A DNA stretch of 64,000 nt from Amoebophrya sp. A120 (Eukaryota > Protista > Dinoflagellata). Shown here piece after piece: positions 23,419 to 34,305 of this stretch (positions within the stretch are counted from its first letter, which is position 1; the number at the start of each line of letters is the position of its first letter). The notes below the pieces were generated by a model. It searched no databases and was not told the DNA's origin. It saw only the letters and a program-made list of their open reading frames with translations. The DNA is taken from contig CAJINV010000001.1 in NCBI GenBank assembly GCA_905178155.1, positions 2,346,089 to 2,410,088 of the forward strand, read 5' to 3'. Position numbers and translations under genes: made by a program.

Positions 23419-26400
23419 CTAATCGAGATCGTCGGAGTCATCGGTTCTCTGTCGCTTGGCAATGTAGCCGTCGCGATCCTCGTACCCTTCGATGTACCCG
23501 CCGTCGTTGTTCTCCTTTTCCTTCGTCAACTTTTCCAACGCCGAACTCGACACCGGCACATGCATGTCCGGCACGGCCGGCTCCTCTTCCGCGGCCGCGG
23601 CTGCAATTTGCTCCGCAAAGTCGTTGTAGGAGCCGTGGAGTTCCGGATTGTAGGACGAGCCAGCATCTTCTTCGTAGTCAAAGGAATTTCCCGAGCCAGC
23701 TCCCGAGTTGTTGTAGTCGAAGGACGAACCAGAGGTGTTCAACACTCCGCCCTTTTCGGAGCCCTTCTTGTTTCCCGAAGAACCTTTCTTCTCGCCCTTC
23801 TTCTTTCCCTTGCCGGCCCCGGATGAGCCTTTTTTCGACTCGTACACGGTGTACCGATTCACCAACGCGGTGGACCGGCCGTCGTCCGCTTTTGGAGCCG
23901 CTTCAACCACGACCCCATCTACAACGACTTCGCCCTTCTTGAACCCCTTATGTCCTCCTTTTCGCCCGCGTTTCTTCCCCTTGCCCCGCTCCCGGCGCAG
24001 GACCTCCGCGGTGGTCACCTCGCGCTGCGCGGTGATCTGGATGTCCGGTTCCTCGACCACTTCGACGACTTTTTCCTGGAAGTACACGACGATGCAGGTC
24101 AAATTGTCCATCGACCGCCGGTTGTAGGCCTCCTCGACAATTGCAGACGAGGCTTTGGTCGCGTCCGGGTAGTTTTTGTGTAGAATCTTCGACACCTCCG
24201 GGTTCGTCAACACGTCAAACACCCCATCGCAACTCAACATCAAGCCCGTCTCCATCCGGACCGTGCGGATGTCCACGTCCGGGGTCGCGATCAACAGCGG
24301 TTTCGGGACCTTGAAATCCCGATCGCCGAAGGAGCGGGACACGGCGAGCGCGACCGGCTCACGTTCTTGCACTCCCCCTAACCCGCGAGCTTTTTCGATC
24401 TTCAGCCGCCGGGTTTTCTCCTCGAAATCCAAATGCGCGACGCGGGAACAGCCGCCCATTTTGATAACTTTCCCACCGGCATTCGTCACCCGTTGCTTCT
24501 CGTTCGTGTCTTCCGGTTTGTGATCCTCGGTGACCGCGGTAGATTTGAAGGCCACGCGTTGCTGTCCGTTGATGTCCACCGCCCCTTGCCGCTCCATCAA
24601 GACGGCGCGGGAATCACCTAACCACGAAGTGACCAACCGGTCGCCGACCAGGAGGGAGACGACAGACGTCGCGCCGTCAGGTAAGGTTTTGTTCTTTGCG
24701 AGGAATTCCCGGTCCAGCGCCTCGTACACATCCTTCAGCGCCACCCGGTACATGTCATCCGTCCAGTACCCGCGGTAGGAAGCCAGCGCGGGGACGAGTT
24801 TGAGGACAAATTTCTTCGCGATAAACTCGGAGCACTGGGTCCCTTGGTGACCGTCGAACACGCCAAAAAGGGAGCACGGGCGGGTGTGGAAAAGAAAATG
24901 CAGGTCTTGATGGCAGATTCAGGATTTTTATGTGTTGTAGTTGTTTCTAGAAGTACTATGTCGAATCGATTTGAAAAAAAAAAGCTGGTGCATTTCTGGA
25001 TAAAGTGATACTGTGAGTGTAGTTCTGCTACGCATATGCAATAAAGCAATATGCAATCGGTTATGGCGCATGACAAAGAAGCCCTCCACATTGCCTGCAT
25101 TTAAATTCATTTCCATAACCATCCAAGTGCTCTAACGAGTACTTCAGGGCTTTAGCGGTCTGGTATTCATTGGAAATCTGTACTTTACGCCAAGATTTGT
25201 AATGCTCATCTTCGATTGTGGGGGTATCAAATTATGCGACTATAATTTCCTTTTTCTAAGTAACGCCCCAACAACATAACATAACATTAAATGAATAAAT
25301 TTACAAAATTCGCATTACAAATTGAGGTAGAAAACACAGAAAAGAAACGTTTGGTAGGTACTTTAGGTCACGGACAATCAAGTGTCGATCTTCTTGCTTT
25401 GGCCGGCGGCCTTGCATGAAGGTAAAATCCGCCGTGAACTCCCAGTTTTCGTACTCGAACACCTCCTCGGGCAGCGCCGCCTCTTCCGCGTTATGCATTG
25501 CAAATATGTCTGGGTCTGGGTGTGATGCGCATTTCACAACACATAAAAATCTCTCATGCATAGGCAGCAAAAGCTGCCCGCTTTCTGTCACCAAAATCGA
25601 GCATTTGTGATGCAGATTCGGCATTGCGGAAGCTTCTCGAAACCTGTGATGCTAGAACTTCCTTTCCAGACCTTCTGTGTCATGCAAAAGCAGCATGACT
25701 CTTCCAGACCCAGACACTTTTGCAATTCATACGTGTGCGTCTCCAGCAACACGGCGTTGGTCGGAATCGGTTTCCCCTCGTCCTGGTCCTTCCCGCCGAT
25801 GCTGTTCAGCGATTTGTTTTTCTTGTTCAGCTTGTATCCTGAGTGAAAACGTCCCCACACCAGAGTCAAGATGGAGATTTTTTTTGTTTGAATGCGGGAG
25901 GGGATTTCGGCCTCTATACACGGCTACCCACATGCAAAAAAAGCTACTTTCTCCCGGTTGTGCGATGCGACTGCATGTCTGTCCCAGATAGCAACATCGG
26001 CGTAGCTTTCGAATCGTGGCGCCCGTTTGATCTCTGTTGCTATGTGTGACGTCTCAGGCGCAGAGCGCTTCGACGTCAGTACCTGTCCCGTCCAGCCCTT
26101 CAGTCTTGTTTGGCCGCTCCGGTATATATAGGTAGCTCCCTGAGCCCGAAAAATGAAAAGAAGTCACGTCCTTTCTTTGTTAAGGCGCTTCATATTTTTC
26201 ATCACATTAATCTTCATACATATCCGCTATTCCAAGCCAGTGCTCATACATAGCTTCACACTCGAAAATGCAGCTAGAGACTTTCTCAGAATACATATCA
26301 CATAGCAGACGTTGTTACCCGCCTGAAGGTTTAGTGCCGCGCATTCAGAATCTTTTGGCAATCGGAAACCTGCAGCCACGGCCTATCACACTTCACACAG

Positions 26401-27180
26401 GTAGAACACCCATGCTCCTTCTGCACTTTTGTCTGTGATAGTTGCCCTGACCTGGAGCAGCTTATGCATATGTGTCTTAACTAGGACTTCATGCAAGGAC
26501 TGCCCCCTTATCAAGAAAAAAAGAAAGGTCTAAGTTTTTGGAATGGTAAAAAAGAAATAGCATGCACACGCCTCCCCTTCATTGGGGAGGTGCTGGTATC
26601 ATTGTTGTGCTTTTTTCTGCCATGTTTTATTTTCTTTCATACCCAATCAAAACCTTGCGCTAACGACGTGGCAACCGCGATGAGCCAAACACTAATGACC
26701 GACCTTTTTCTACGATACGATCCCTGCTCTACGATGCAAAACAAGAGATGGAGATTTTGGAACACAAACCTAGAAGTTTTGGGACTCATGCATCACAAGT
26801 TGCCGTCCGTAGTGTAGTGCAGGTTAGCACGATAAAACGCATCACAAATCCATCTGCTGATCCTGGTTACAGCATTACAAATGCCACAACACGACTAGAA
26901 ATTACTATCATGGTGATGCGCATTACAAATGTTCCTGTCGATGCAAACCTGCATGACAACTCTGGGGTGGGCGGGACGTTTTTACAAATGATAGCTTGTG
27001 CTGCTCCGTCATCCGCTTCAGCTGCGCGCTGGGCGGCTGCACGCGCAGGCTCTGGCCGTCGAAAAGCGTGTCACTGGATGGGTGGTACAAGGCCTGGCCG
27101 AGTTTGGTCACCCCAATGGTCGGCTTGAATCCCTCCTTCAGCAGCGCCTCGCGGCTCAGCGGGGCGTCGTCTTCCATCAT
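23419..27180 (-). CDS. PP2C/PPM-family Ser/Thr phosphatase (4 exons)
   Basis: MQGRRPKQEDRH, FGVFDGHQG, WLGDSRAVL, DHKP, LAVSRSFGD, CDGVFDV, SMDNLT; exons join across 25835-26993, 25492-25731 and an intron at about 24907-25369 with uncertain borders. Confidence 0.9.
25492..25731. mobile_element. Introner, family A
   Basis: Family A TIRs; TSD CGCGT/CGTGT; removal gives LLETH[A/T]EEAAL. Confidence 0.88.
25835..26993. mobile_element. Long (1159-bp) introner, family E (TATC..GT.AAAACGTCC TIR)
   Basis: Imperfect TIRs; perfect TSD GCTTG; removal gives TEQHKLNKKN; no convincing internal ORF. Confidence 0.82.
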
Positions 27181-28038
27181 ATTTTTTTGTTGGAGATGGC
27201 GTGCTTATTTCTAGGGGTAGACACGTGATTTGGTAGTAGAGTGTAGTTTTAATTAACAAGGGGCTCAGAAAAACTCTATGTGTACTCGGTCGTCTAGTCA
27301 CGTACTTTCTCGAGAACCTGTCTCACACAAGGAAAGCTCCCGTCACACGACTACTTTGCTTTCGCTAAAATACTAGGTCAACTCGAAAATTTTTCATTGT
27401 GCGCCTCATCTCCTCGGTTTGGCTGATGGGGTCTGTAAAAAGAAGTAGAGATTTTCATTGATTGCATCACACCAGCAAGGGTGTGCGTGACATACAGTGA
27501 TGACAAAGAAATGGACTTACACTTAGGTTATTTGCGTTTCCCTCTACAGCGTTTTGATCTTTTCCTACTATAGCTGGATGGTGCCCATGTTTGCAGCAAC
27601 ATTTCTCGAAGCAGAAGATTGAACAAGAATGTCACATTCTTATCGTAATTCTATGCGTAAGCGTATTCAAGTTTCCTATTGGTACTGCTCTGATCTTTCA
27701 TGTAAGCGAATTGATCCCCCTCCTTTGTTGACGTCTCATCTACTTAGAGGCTTTATTGATTCTGTAGCGAGGTAGAAGTGAATGTACTTAGACGGGAGCA
27801 GTGTTTTGCAAAAAGTTGGAGTTGCGAACGATTTCCTGTTTGTGGAAAACACAGTCACATGGACAAAAGATGGCCTTGATCAACAACATCATTCCTGACG
27901 CGTATTTTCACGCACTGTGCGACTGCTTCATCAATTTCCACATTAGTACCCGGAGCGCTGTGCGTAGCTCCGAGCGGAAAAGAAAATCAGAATGCAGCGG
28001 TAAGTACATTTTGAGTTTATTTGATCCAGAGCTCGCAA

Positions 28039-29800
28039 TCACAACATCCGCGTCTTCAGCGGTGAGTCTCTGCCTACTGATCCGTAGCTCTTATCTAGTG
28101 CTGAACTGTTGTTCATCCCTGGCAGCCCGCCGTTTGGAAAATTGTGCATTGCCGACGGGACGGACGCAAACACCTTCGTCAGGACGAAGGTGAAGCCGAA
28201 CCCCAGGAACGCCACCACTGCGGCGGACACGAAGAAGAAGACGAGACTTTTCGCAACATACGTATCTCGTAACTCCGTCGTGTCCTTCATCCAGCGCACG
28301 TAAAGAGTATGTTCCTCGTGCGGCAGACTGAATTGACCCTCGGCTTTCAGCTGTGAGACGACGTTTTTGATTTTGCTGTGGCAGACAACAACAACATGAA
28401 CATGATAGATTGATGAGGTACTACTTAAAATCAGTGCATAGAGAACGAGAATGGATCAACTTCCACTTCCTTTATGGATCCTGGCGAAAGCATGCAGTCC
28501 CTGGTAGCCTATCTACCTACAGAATCAGTACTCTTTTACCTGCGCATCCTCGAATATTTCCGACCCGCTCTTCGTCCAAAACCTGCTGGGCTTCCGTCGT
28601 AGTATTACCGATGCCGTGTGCACACTTTGCTCGATACTACTGTCGCAATAAAAGTGTCCGACCGTGTCGCAACAGTTCATGCCAACCGCCCAGACGTATC
28701 AAAAGGAAAAATCCCCCCTCCACATTTCCAAGCGAAGTTTCTGCTGCTGGATTTCCGGACACAAATCAGACTTGTCTTGCAGTAGGGGACTGCAGGCATA
28801 TGCTAAGCCTGAGTCGAGAGGTTTTGACGCAGGCGCCTAGCATGGCAAACGTCTAGACTGTAAGCCCAACAGCATCACAAACCGCCCGCATAATGCGGCG
28901 GACTCTCTGGGTTCGCCTTCTTGCAACACAGACGTGATTGGTGGTCACAAATCTGCATCACAAATTTTCAGACAAGTGGACTTTCAATATGGGGAGTGGG
29001 GATTTTTCTTTACAATAAGAAGCTGACTTTCGAACTCGTCTCCGCGTCCTTCTCCACGATGGGGGCGATACAGTACATGGTCCCTTTGCGTTTGTACCTG
29101 AAGTTTAAGTCCGTTGTTAAACCGGGAATTTTGATAGCTGGGGCGGTAGTAAGACAGGACGCCAGCTGTCGTGTAAATCATTTGTATTCCTTCAAAGGAA
29201 TCCTTTGTCGTGAGGATGAAGCAGGTACTTTTATCCCTCGCAAAAACAAACACTAACACTCCCTATGGTATACCCAACTCCCCTGGTCGTTTCCACGATG
29301 CTTTCGTGCGAGAACTGCATTTGCGATGCGTCCAAAAAGGCCTCCGCCGGGCTGGTTGGTACGACGTTTCGGTAGGTGGTCCCCGTGTCGTAAAAAACAA
29401 CGTGCTCAAAAAACATACGCCAATTGTACGCCGCGGCCAGTCCCCCGAGCGCCAATCCAAACGTCGTGCAGATCAGTGTGGGTACGAAGTAAACGTTTTT
29501 GAACCGGTTTTTCCAGAGAAAGAGGAACAGAATCGCATCGACGAAGAGAAAGAAGTGCAGTAACCTCGGTAAGTGGAAGATCGCGTACACGCCGAGAACT
29601 TGCGTGAGGAGAAACTGGACCAGGATAAACGACGTGTACAGATACCGCTGTTGGTGCACGGGCATCCGCGCGACATCCTTCCGGAGCAGCCCGCCGTAGA
29701 GCAGGTTCGACTCCTCTTTTACAACGTTCATAGTAGTAGGTTGGCGTCGGACGCAAAGAACGCGGGTAGGTTGGCGTCGTACTTCACTTGGGCGGAACAA
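28039..29800 (-). CDS. Multi-pass membrane protein of unknown function (5' end probably extends to about 30070)
   Basis: Three N-terminal TM segments, Cys-rich loop YCIAPIV...FWAVGMNCCDTVGHFYC rebuilt across the introner at 28697-29017, YVRWMKD, then a C-terminal TM segment. Confidence 0.65.
28697..29017. mobile_element. Introner, family C (AAAAATCCCCCCTCCCCATAT-type TIR, ~320 bp)
   Basis: TAT...ATA ends; TSD AGACG/AGAAG; similar to 49671 and 55434. Confidence 0.85.
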
Positions 29801-30348
29801 AGAACGCGCGCGCCCGCTGTGCAGCTCTCTCCGCCACTTGGCGATGTTGTAGCGCTAGCTTTACGCTTGCATCAACAACGACGTGCTAAGAAAGTGGAGG
29901 GACACGCATTTTGATTTTCGATTGATTGTAGATTCAAAGCAGAACTTTGACTTTCACGTCGGTCCCGTACATGCGTCCTTTGCACAACTTGCTTTGCTCA
30001 AAAACACGCGTGTCGCTCGCGGCTTCGTTGTCGCTCTCGTACGCATCGTCCTCTCTCTTGTGGAGCGAAACAAACTTCTGTATGTGTATCTATCAAAAGT
30101 TTACTAAATTCTATGATATCCATGCCGAAGAAACTCGTCACATGACGAGTTGTACTGAAGCCCTGCTCGAAGCAGAGTTTGTTCAACATTTAGCGTCATC
30201 ATTAAATACAACTGGTACAACTTCACTGACACTGTTTCAACATCTCCGCAATTTGTCACTTTTAGTTTTGCCAGCAGCTCTACGACCGAAAGCAAACTAA
30301 TTCCTATTCCACATCAAGATACAGAAGGCACCTTGCACTTGCACTGAA

Positions 30349-32274
30349 TCACGTCGCAGTACTACTACTCGAAGATGACCTGCCCTGGTTAATCGTGTCC
30401 CGCGCGTCCTTCCCGGGGGTCTCTGCATGTCGAAAAATGTCGTTGCCATCGTACACATACGCCCGAAACTCCGTCGACTGCGCGCCGGCGTAGCACTGCA
30501 GCGTCAACCACCGGTCTATATTCGTCCACTTCTCCTTGTGCCTGAGCTCATCGAGACGTGTCCGCGGGGTGCTGCCCCAGGGAATCTGGCGCAGGCAGTT
30601 TAGTAGATGTGAGGCGCCGACGGGTACTAGTTCTTGGAGGGTCTGGGTTTCGGAACCGCTTGTAGCTGTTTTTGGATCAACTACACGATGATCTCCACCC
30701 GTAGCAGTTGTGGTCGTCCTCCCGAAGAAGGGGGCTGCAATTTTTATCTTGCGATCGTTGTACATCAAGGCCGACGTCCAGACGTTTGGTACGCCCTCCG
30801 CAATGTCGTGCTTCGGAACTTCTTTCAGGGTCCCGTGTTTTTGCAATTCCTCATTTTCATCGGCACCGAGCGTCACGTTTGACGACGGAAACCAGCGCCG
30901 CAGGGAGCCATGGATGTCTAGCTGCTGCACTTCCTCCATAGCGGACACGCGGGGGCCCACTCCGCCAGCCAAAGCAGTAATTTGTGTTGTACTACTAGAA
31001 GTTGTCTGTTCTCCAACTAATTTTTGCACATCATCCACTCCACCTCGCAGCAAGTCCGGCCCGTCTGCGAGCGGTCGCAACACCGAGAGCAGGGCAAAGT
31101 CCACTTCCTCGGGCGAGTGCATCCGCTTCAACAAAGTGCAAACCTTCCCGAAGCTGTGCGGGTCCGCGACGGCAGAATCTTCCAAGACGAGTGTGAAACT
31201 GGGCGGGGGCGTGGTGGAGAGCGAGGTCGCGACTCCTGTTGTCTCCGATGAAGCGTTCTTGTCCACCTCGTCTGCCGACTGACTGTACAAGCTCGAAGCC
31301 GGCTTTGCTGACGCTGGTGAAGTTGAAGTAGAAGTGGAATCCAAATTTACCAAATAGTCCGCGAGCGCCACATGCGCCATTCCGCAACCAAGATTGCCGT
31401 CCCAGCCTTCCACGTCCAGGAGCGCTGGGTCCACAACTCCGAGTTCTTGGATGAAATGGGTTTTCACCTCCGCAATGCGATCTCGGTACATGAACCCCGG
31501 CCAAACTTTCAGCTTCATCGGCATGTTTAACATGAAGGCTGCTTCACTTGTTTTTGCTTTTTGTTCTACTTTCTTTCCCGTTGTAGCTGCTTCTTGTTGC
31601 CCGATTTTCGTTGCCACGACCCCATGTTGACCCGCGTGTGGTGTTTCGCGCCGCGGGTCTACTGCTCCAGCACCAGGTTGATCTTCATACCGGTTCTTCG
31701 TTTCTGCTAAAGCCGTTTGATTGTCCTCCCTCATGTCTTCAAACGATGATGAAGATGCAACCCCCGGAACCTCCACCCGATCGTAACACTGCGTGAGAAA
31801 CCGCTCGAGCTTCCACCGCCACCGCGGCAGTGAGATGATGAATGCACGAAAGCTGGGATCGTCCGGCCCGCCGCAGTGATTCAGGTTGTCGATTGCGTCG
31901 TACGCTGCTCGGTCTTCGAAGTAAAGCTCCCCGGTGGAAGTCAGGTAATCCACGACTGCATCGATTCTTGCTTGCGTCTCGTTGACCTGTATGAATGCAG
32001 AAGAAGAAGAAGTCGAGTTCCAGAGATCACCGGGCGGTGTTTCATATCCTCCCGCTTCCGTTCTTCTTGTTCGGGCTTCTTCATTCTTGAAAGTGATCGT
32101 CGCCTCCCCGCCGGGGGCAAGAAAAGCGACATCGTCTTTGCTGTCGCGGCGCAGCAACTGTTTCTGTTGCGCGGCGCTATTAGAGGCGGCGAGGGAAAGA
32201 ACGATGGACGAAACCGCAAAGCGACCAACACTGCCTCGCCCGATCCCATTCGGTTTCCAGAGAGTTGAGGACAT
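30349..32274 (-). CDS. Secreted or type II membrane protein, glycosyltransferase family 25-like
   Basis: Hydrophobic N-terminus; AFIISLPRWRWKLERF, GNLGCGMAHVAL and LVLEDSA resemble GT25 motifs; many low-complexity insertions. Confidence 0.5.
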   Translation of the reverse strand: MSSTLWKPNGIGRGSVGRFAVSSIVLSLAASNSAAQQKQLLRRDSKDDVAFLAPGGEATITFKNEEARTRRTEAGGYETPPGDLWNSTSSSSAFIQVNETQARIDAVVDYLTSTGELYFEDRAAYDAIDNLNHCGGPDDPSFRAFIISLPRWRWKLERFLTQCYDRVEVPGVASSSSFEDMREDNQTALAETKNRYEDQPGAGAVDPRRETPHAGQHGVVATKIGQQEAATTGKKVEQKAKTSEAAFMLNMPMKLKVWPGFMYRDRIAEVKTHFIQELGVVDPALLDVEGWDGNLGCGMAHVALADYLVNLDSTSTSTSPASAKPASSLYSQSADEVDKNASSETTGVATSLSTTPPPSFTLVLEDSAVADPHSFGKVCTLLKRMHSPEEVDFALLSVLRPLADGPDLLRGGVDDVQKLVGEQTTSSSTTQITALAGGVGPRVSAMEEVQQLDIHGSLRRWFPSSNVTLGADENEELQKHGTLKEVPKHDIAEGVPNVWTSALMYNDRKIKIAAPFFGRTTTTATGGDHRVVDPKTATSGSETQTLQELVPVGASHLLNCLRQIPWGSTPRTRLDELRHKEKWTNIDRWLTLQCYAGAQSTEFRAYVYDGNDIFRHAETPGKDARDTINQGRSSSSSSTAT

Positions 32275-32414
32275 TTCGATTTTCCTTGTCTACGCTCCTG
32301 CCTTTTGGCACGAACGTACTTACTTTTCGCCGGCAAAAACTTGAAATTGTAATGAAGATGCGAAAACAAGAAAAACAATAACAGGCACGAACTGCCGACA
32401 AAAGAAATCAAAGC

Positions 32415-32727
32415 TCTCTTTCGAGTAAAATAGTGAAGTAGATCTCGGCGAAGCGATACACACGAAGTCGAAAAGCGACAACTTCACGACACGACGAGGG
32501 CCACGATTAATACGATTGAAAATTCCAATACTCACCTCACTCAAGCGAAAATCAGACGTGGTCAAAACCATTCTTGTTCTTATTTTTATGTATCGCCTCC
32601 GATTTTATTTCGAAGGTCTGCCTTCTTTTTTCAAACGGTCGCTCGTTCATTGCGAAGAACGTTTGAAATGGTACTATGTTCGGTTTTTGTTTTTTTCCTT
32701 ACACTTCTTTTCTTCCTCACGCTTCCT
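32415..32727. repeat. Duplicated intergenic block, copy 1 (copy 2 at about 33945-34291)
   Basis: Shared GATACACACGAAGTCGAAAAGCGAC.ACTTCACGACA, GAGGGCCACGATTA, CATTG.GAA and CCTCACGCTTC in the same order. Confidence 0.8.
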
Positions 32728-32853
32728 AGCTCGTCAGGATATCTCTGGTAGACGCCCATTTTTAATGAGCCCTGCGACGGAAACTCTGCGAGGGAAGTTT
32801 AGTACGAGTAAGTGTTCAAAGAAAAACGACTTACTTAAGTTCTTGCTCAACAT

Positions 32854-33915
32854 CTAGCGAAAACGTACTAGCCACCAAGGCTCTGTGTAATATCCAAGTG
32901 CTTTTGCAATCACTCCAACGGGCAAAGCAGGCTGATCCGACGCAAAGATCGATGAGGTTGTAACTTCCATTCTTGGCTCGGTTCTTCTGTGACGCACGGT
33001 GGCTACGTGATGGTTGTTCACTTGATGATGTGCGCAGACCGGTACAGTTGGAACGAAAGTGGTCCGAAGCCTCGTTTTCAGAGGGAAAGAACTTCGAGTG
33101 GCACGACAGACTCCTTGCGACGTGCAGATTTCGGTCGTGCCGTCACCAGTTCTTCCCACATCGAGGAACAAACTTGCGCCTGCTGCTACTGCGGACCTAG
33201 TATCCCGTGGTCCCACACTTTTCCCGCCCTTCAACAATTCTGCTACTTGGCCCCGCTCTTCCGTAGCATCCTTCGTCTCTTGTTGCTTCGCGCTCTCCAC
33301 TAACTGCGCTCCGTTCTTCAACATCCTGTCATACTTCTTCTTTTGCAGCTCCGCCAAATCCCCGCCGTCTTTATCGCCCTCCGCACCGGGCGGCAAGAGC
33401 CCGGCGGCCTGCTGCTTCGCCCGAATTTTCTCGCGCAGCCGCGCACGGTCGATCGGGCCCTCCCCCTGCTCGTTTGCAAGCTCGTCCAAATCCTCCTCGA
33501 GCTCCGATGCCGGATTCACGACCAAGACGGCCGTTTCAGACGCCGTGGGTACGTGCACCGGCCTCGCATCGCAGAAGTCCTCGGGGTACTGTCGCAGGTA
33601 GGCAAGCCGCTCCAAAAACTGACTCGTGTCCACGTGCAGGTCATCGGCGTGTCCGAGCGACCGCCGCGCGTACCGAAAAGCGGCGCTGCTCCGGGCTGTC
33701 GCCTCGTAGCTGCGTTCGAGTAACGCTGTCAGCGTCTCGTTCTGCGGCGCGTCGCCGGTACGCAAAAACCTGTCCGGCAGCTCGGGGTTTTCTCCCAACC
33801 CGGTTGGTGACAAGCTGGTGACCGGCTTCGGCCGGATTTTATTGAACGCTGCCATGATAGCGCTCGCCATCTTGTTGGAGGAGGAGTGCTTGCAAGGACA
33901 CGAAGGCAGACACAC
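32854..33915 (-). CDS. Hypothetical protein
   Basis: 353-aa ORF with GC3-rich, coding-like composition, co-oriented with neighbours; start uncertain; no recognised domain. Confidence 0.55.
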   Translation of the reverse strand: MCLPSCPCKHSSSNKMASAIMAAFNKIRPKPVTSLSPTGLGENPELPDRFLRTGDAPQNETLTALLERSYEATARSSAAFRYARRSLGHADDLHVDTSQFLERLAYLRQYPEDFCDARPVHVPTASETAVLVVNPASELEEDLDELANEQGEGPIDRARLREKIRAKQQAAGLLPPGAEGDKDGGDLAELQKKKYDRMLKNGAQLVESAKQQETKDATEERGQVAELLKGGKSVGPRDTRSAVAAGASLFLDVGRTGDGTTEICTSQGVCRATRSSFPLKTRLRTTFVPTVPVCAHHQVNNHHVATVRHRRTEPRMEVTTSSIFASDQPALPVGVIAKALGYYTEPWWLVRFR

Positions 33916-34305
33916 AAAATCAAAGTGAAAGTTCTAGTTGAGTTCTCTTTCGAATGAAATTATGTATCGTGATGTAGAAGATCTCAGCGAAGCGATAACG
34001 ATACACACGAAGTCGAAAAGCGACGACTTCACGACATGAGGGCCACGATTAGTTACGATTGGAAATTCGAAATCGAATAGTCAAGGCACGTCGATCAGGC
34101 GAAAACCAAATGTCAAAATGAGAAAGAACACTTTTGTTCTCATATTCCCCCCGATTTTCCAAAGGTATCCATTCTTTTTTCAGAAGATCGCTCGACGTTC
34201 ATTGTGAACGTTTCTATGTTCATAAAATGATACTATGTTCGCTTTGTAGTTTTTGTTTTTTCCTATACAGTTCTTTTTATCCTCACGCTTCGATTCGTAC
34301 ATTTC

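Noticed and set aside
24907-25369. PP2C intron as another introner (GACCT direct repeat at both ends)
   Set aside because: No TIRs visible, and a GT-AG alternative also keeps the frame; borders unresolved
25835-26993. Possible autonomous transposon for the introners
   Set aside because: Only short ORFs with no recognisable DDE or recombinase motif
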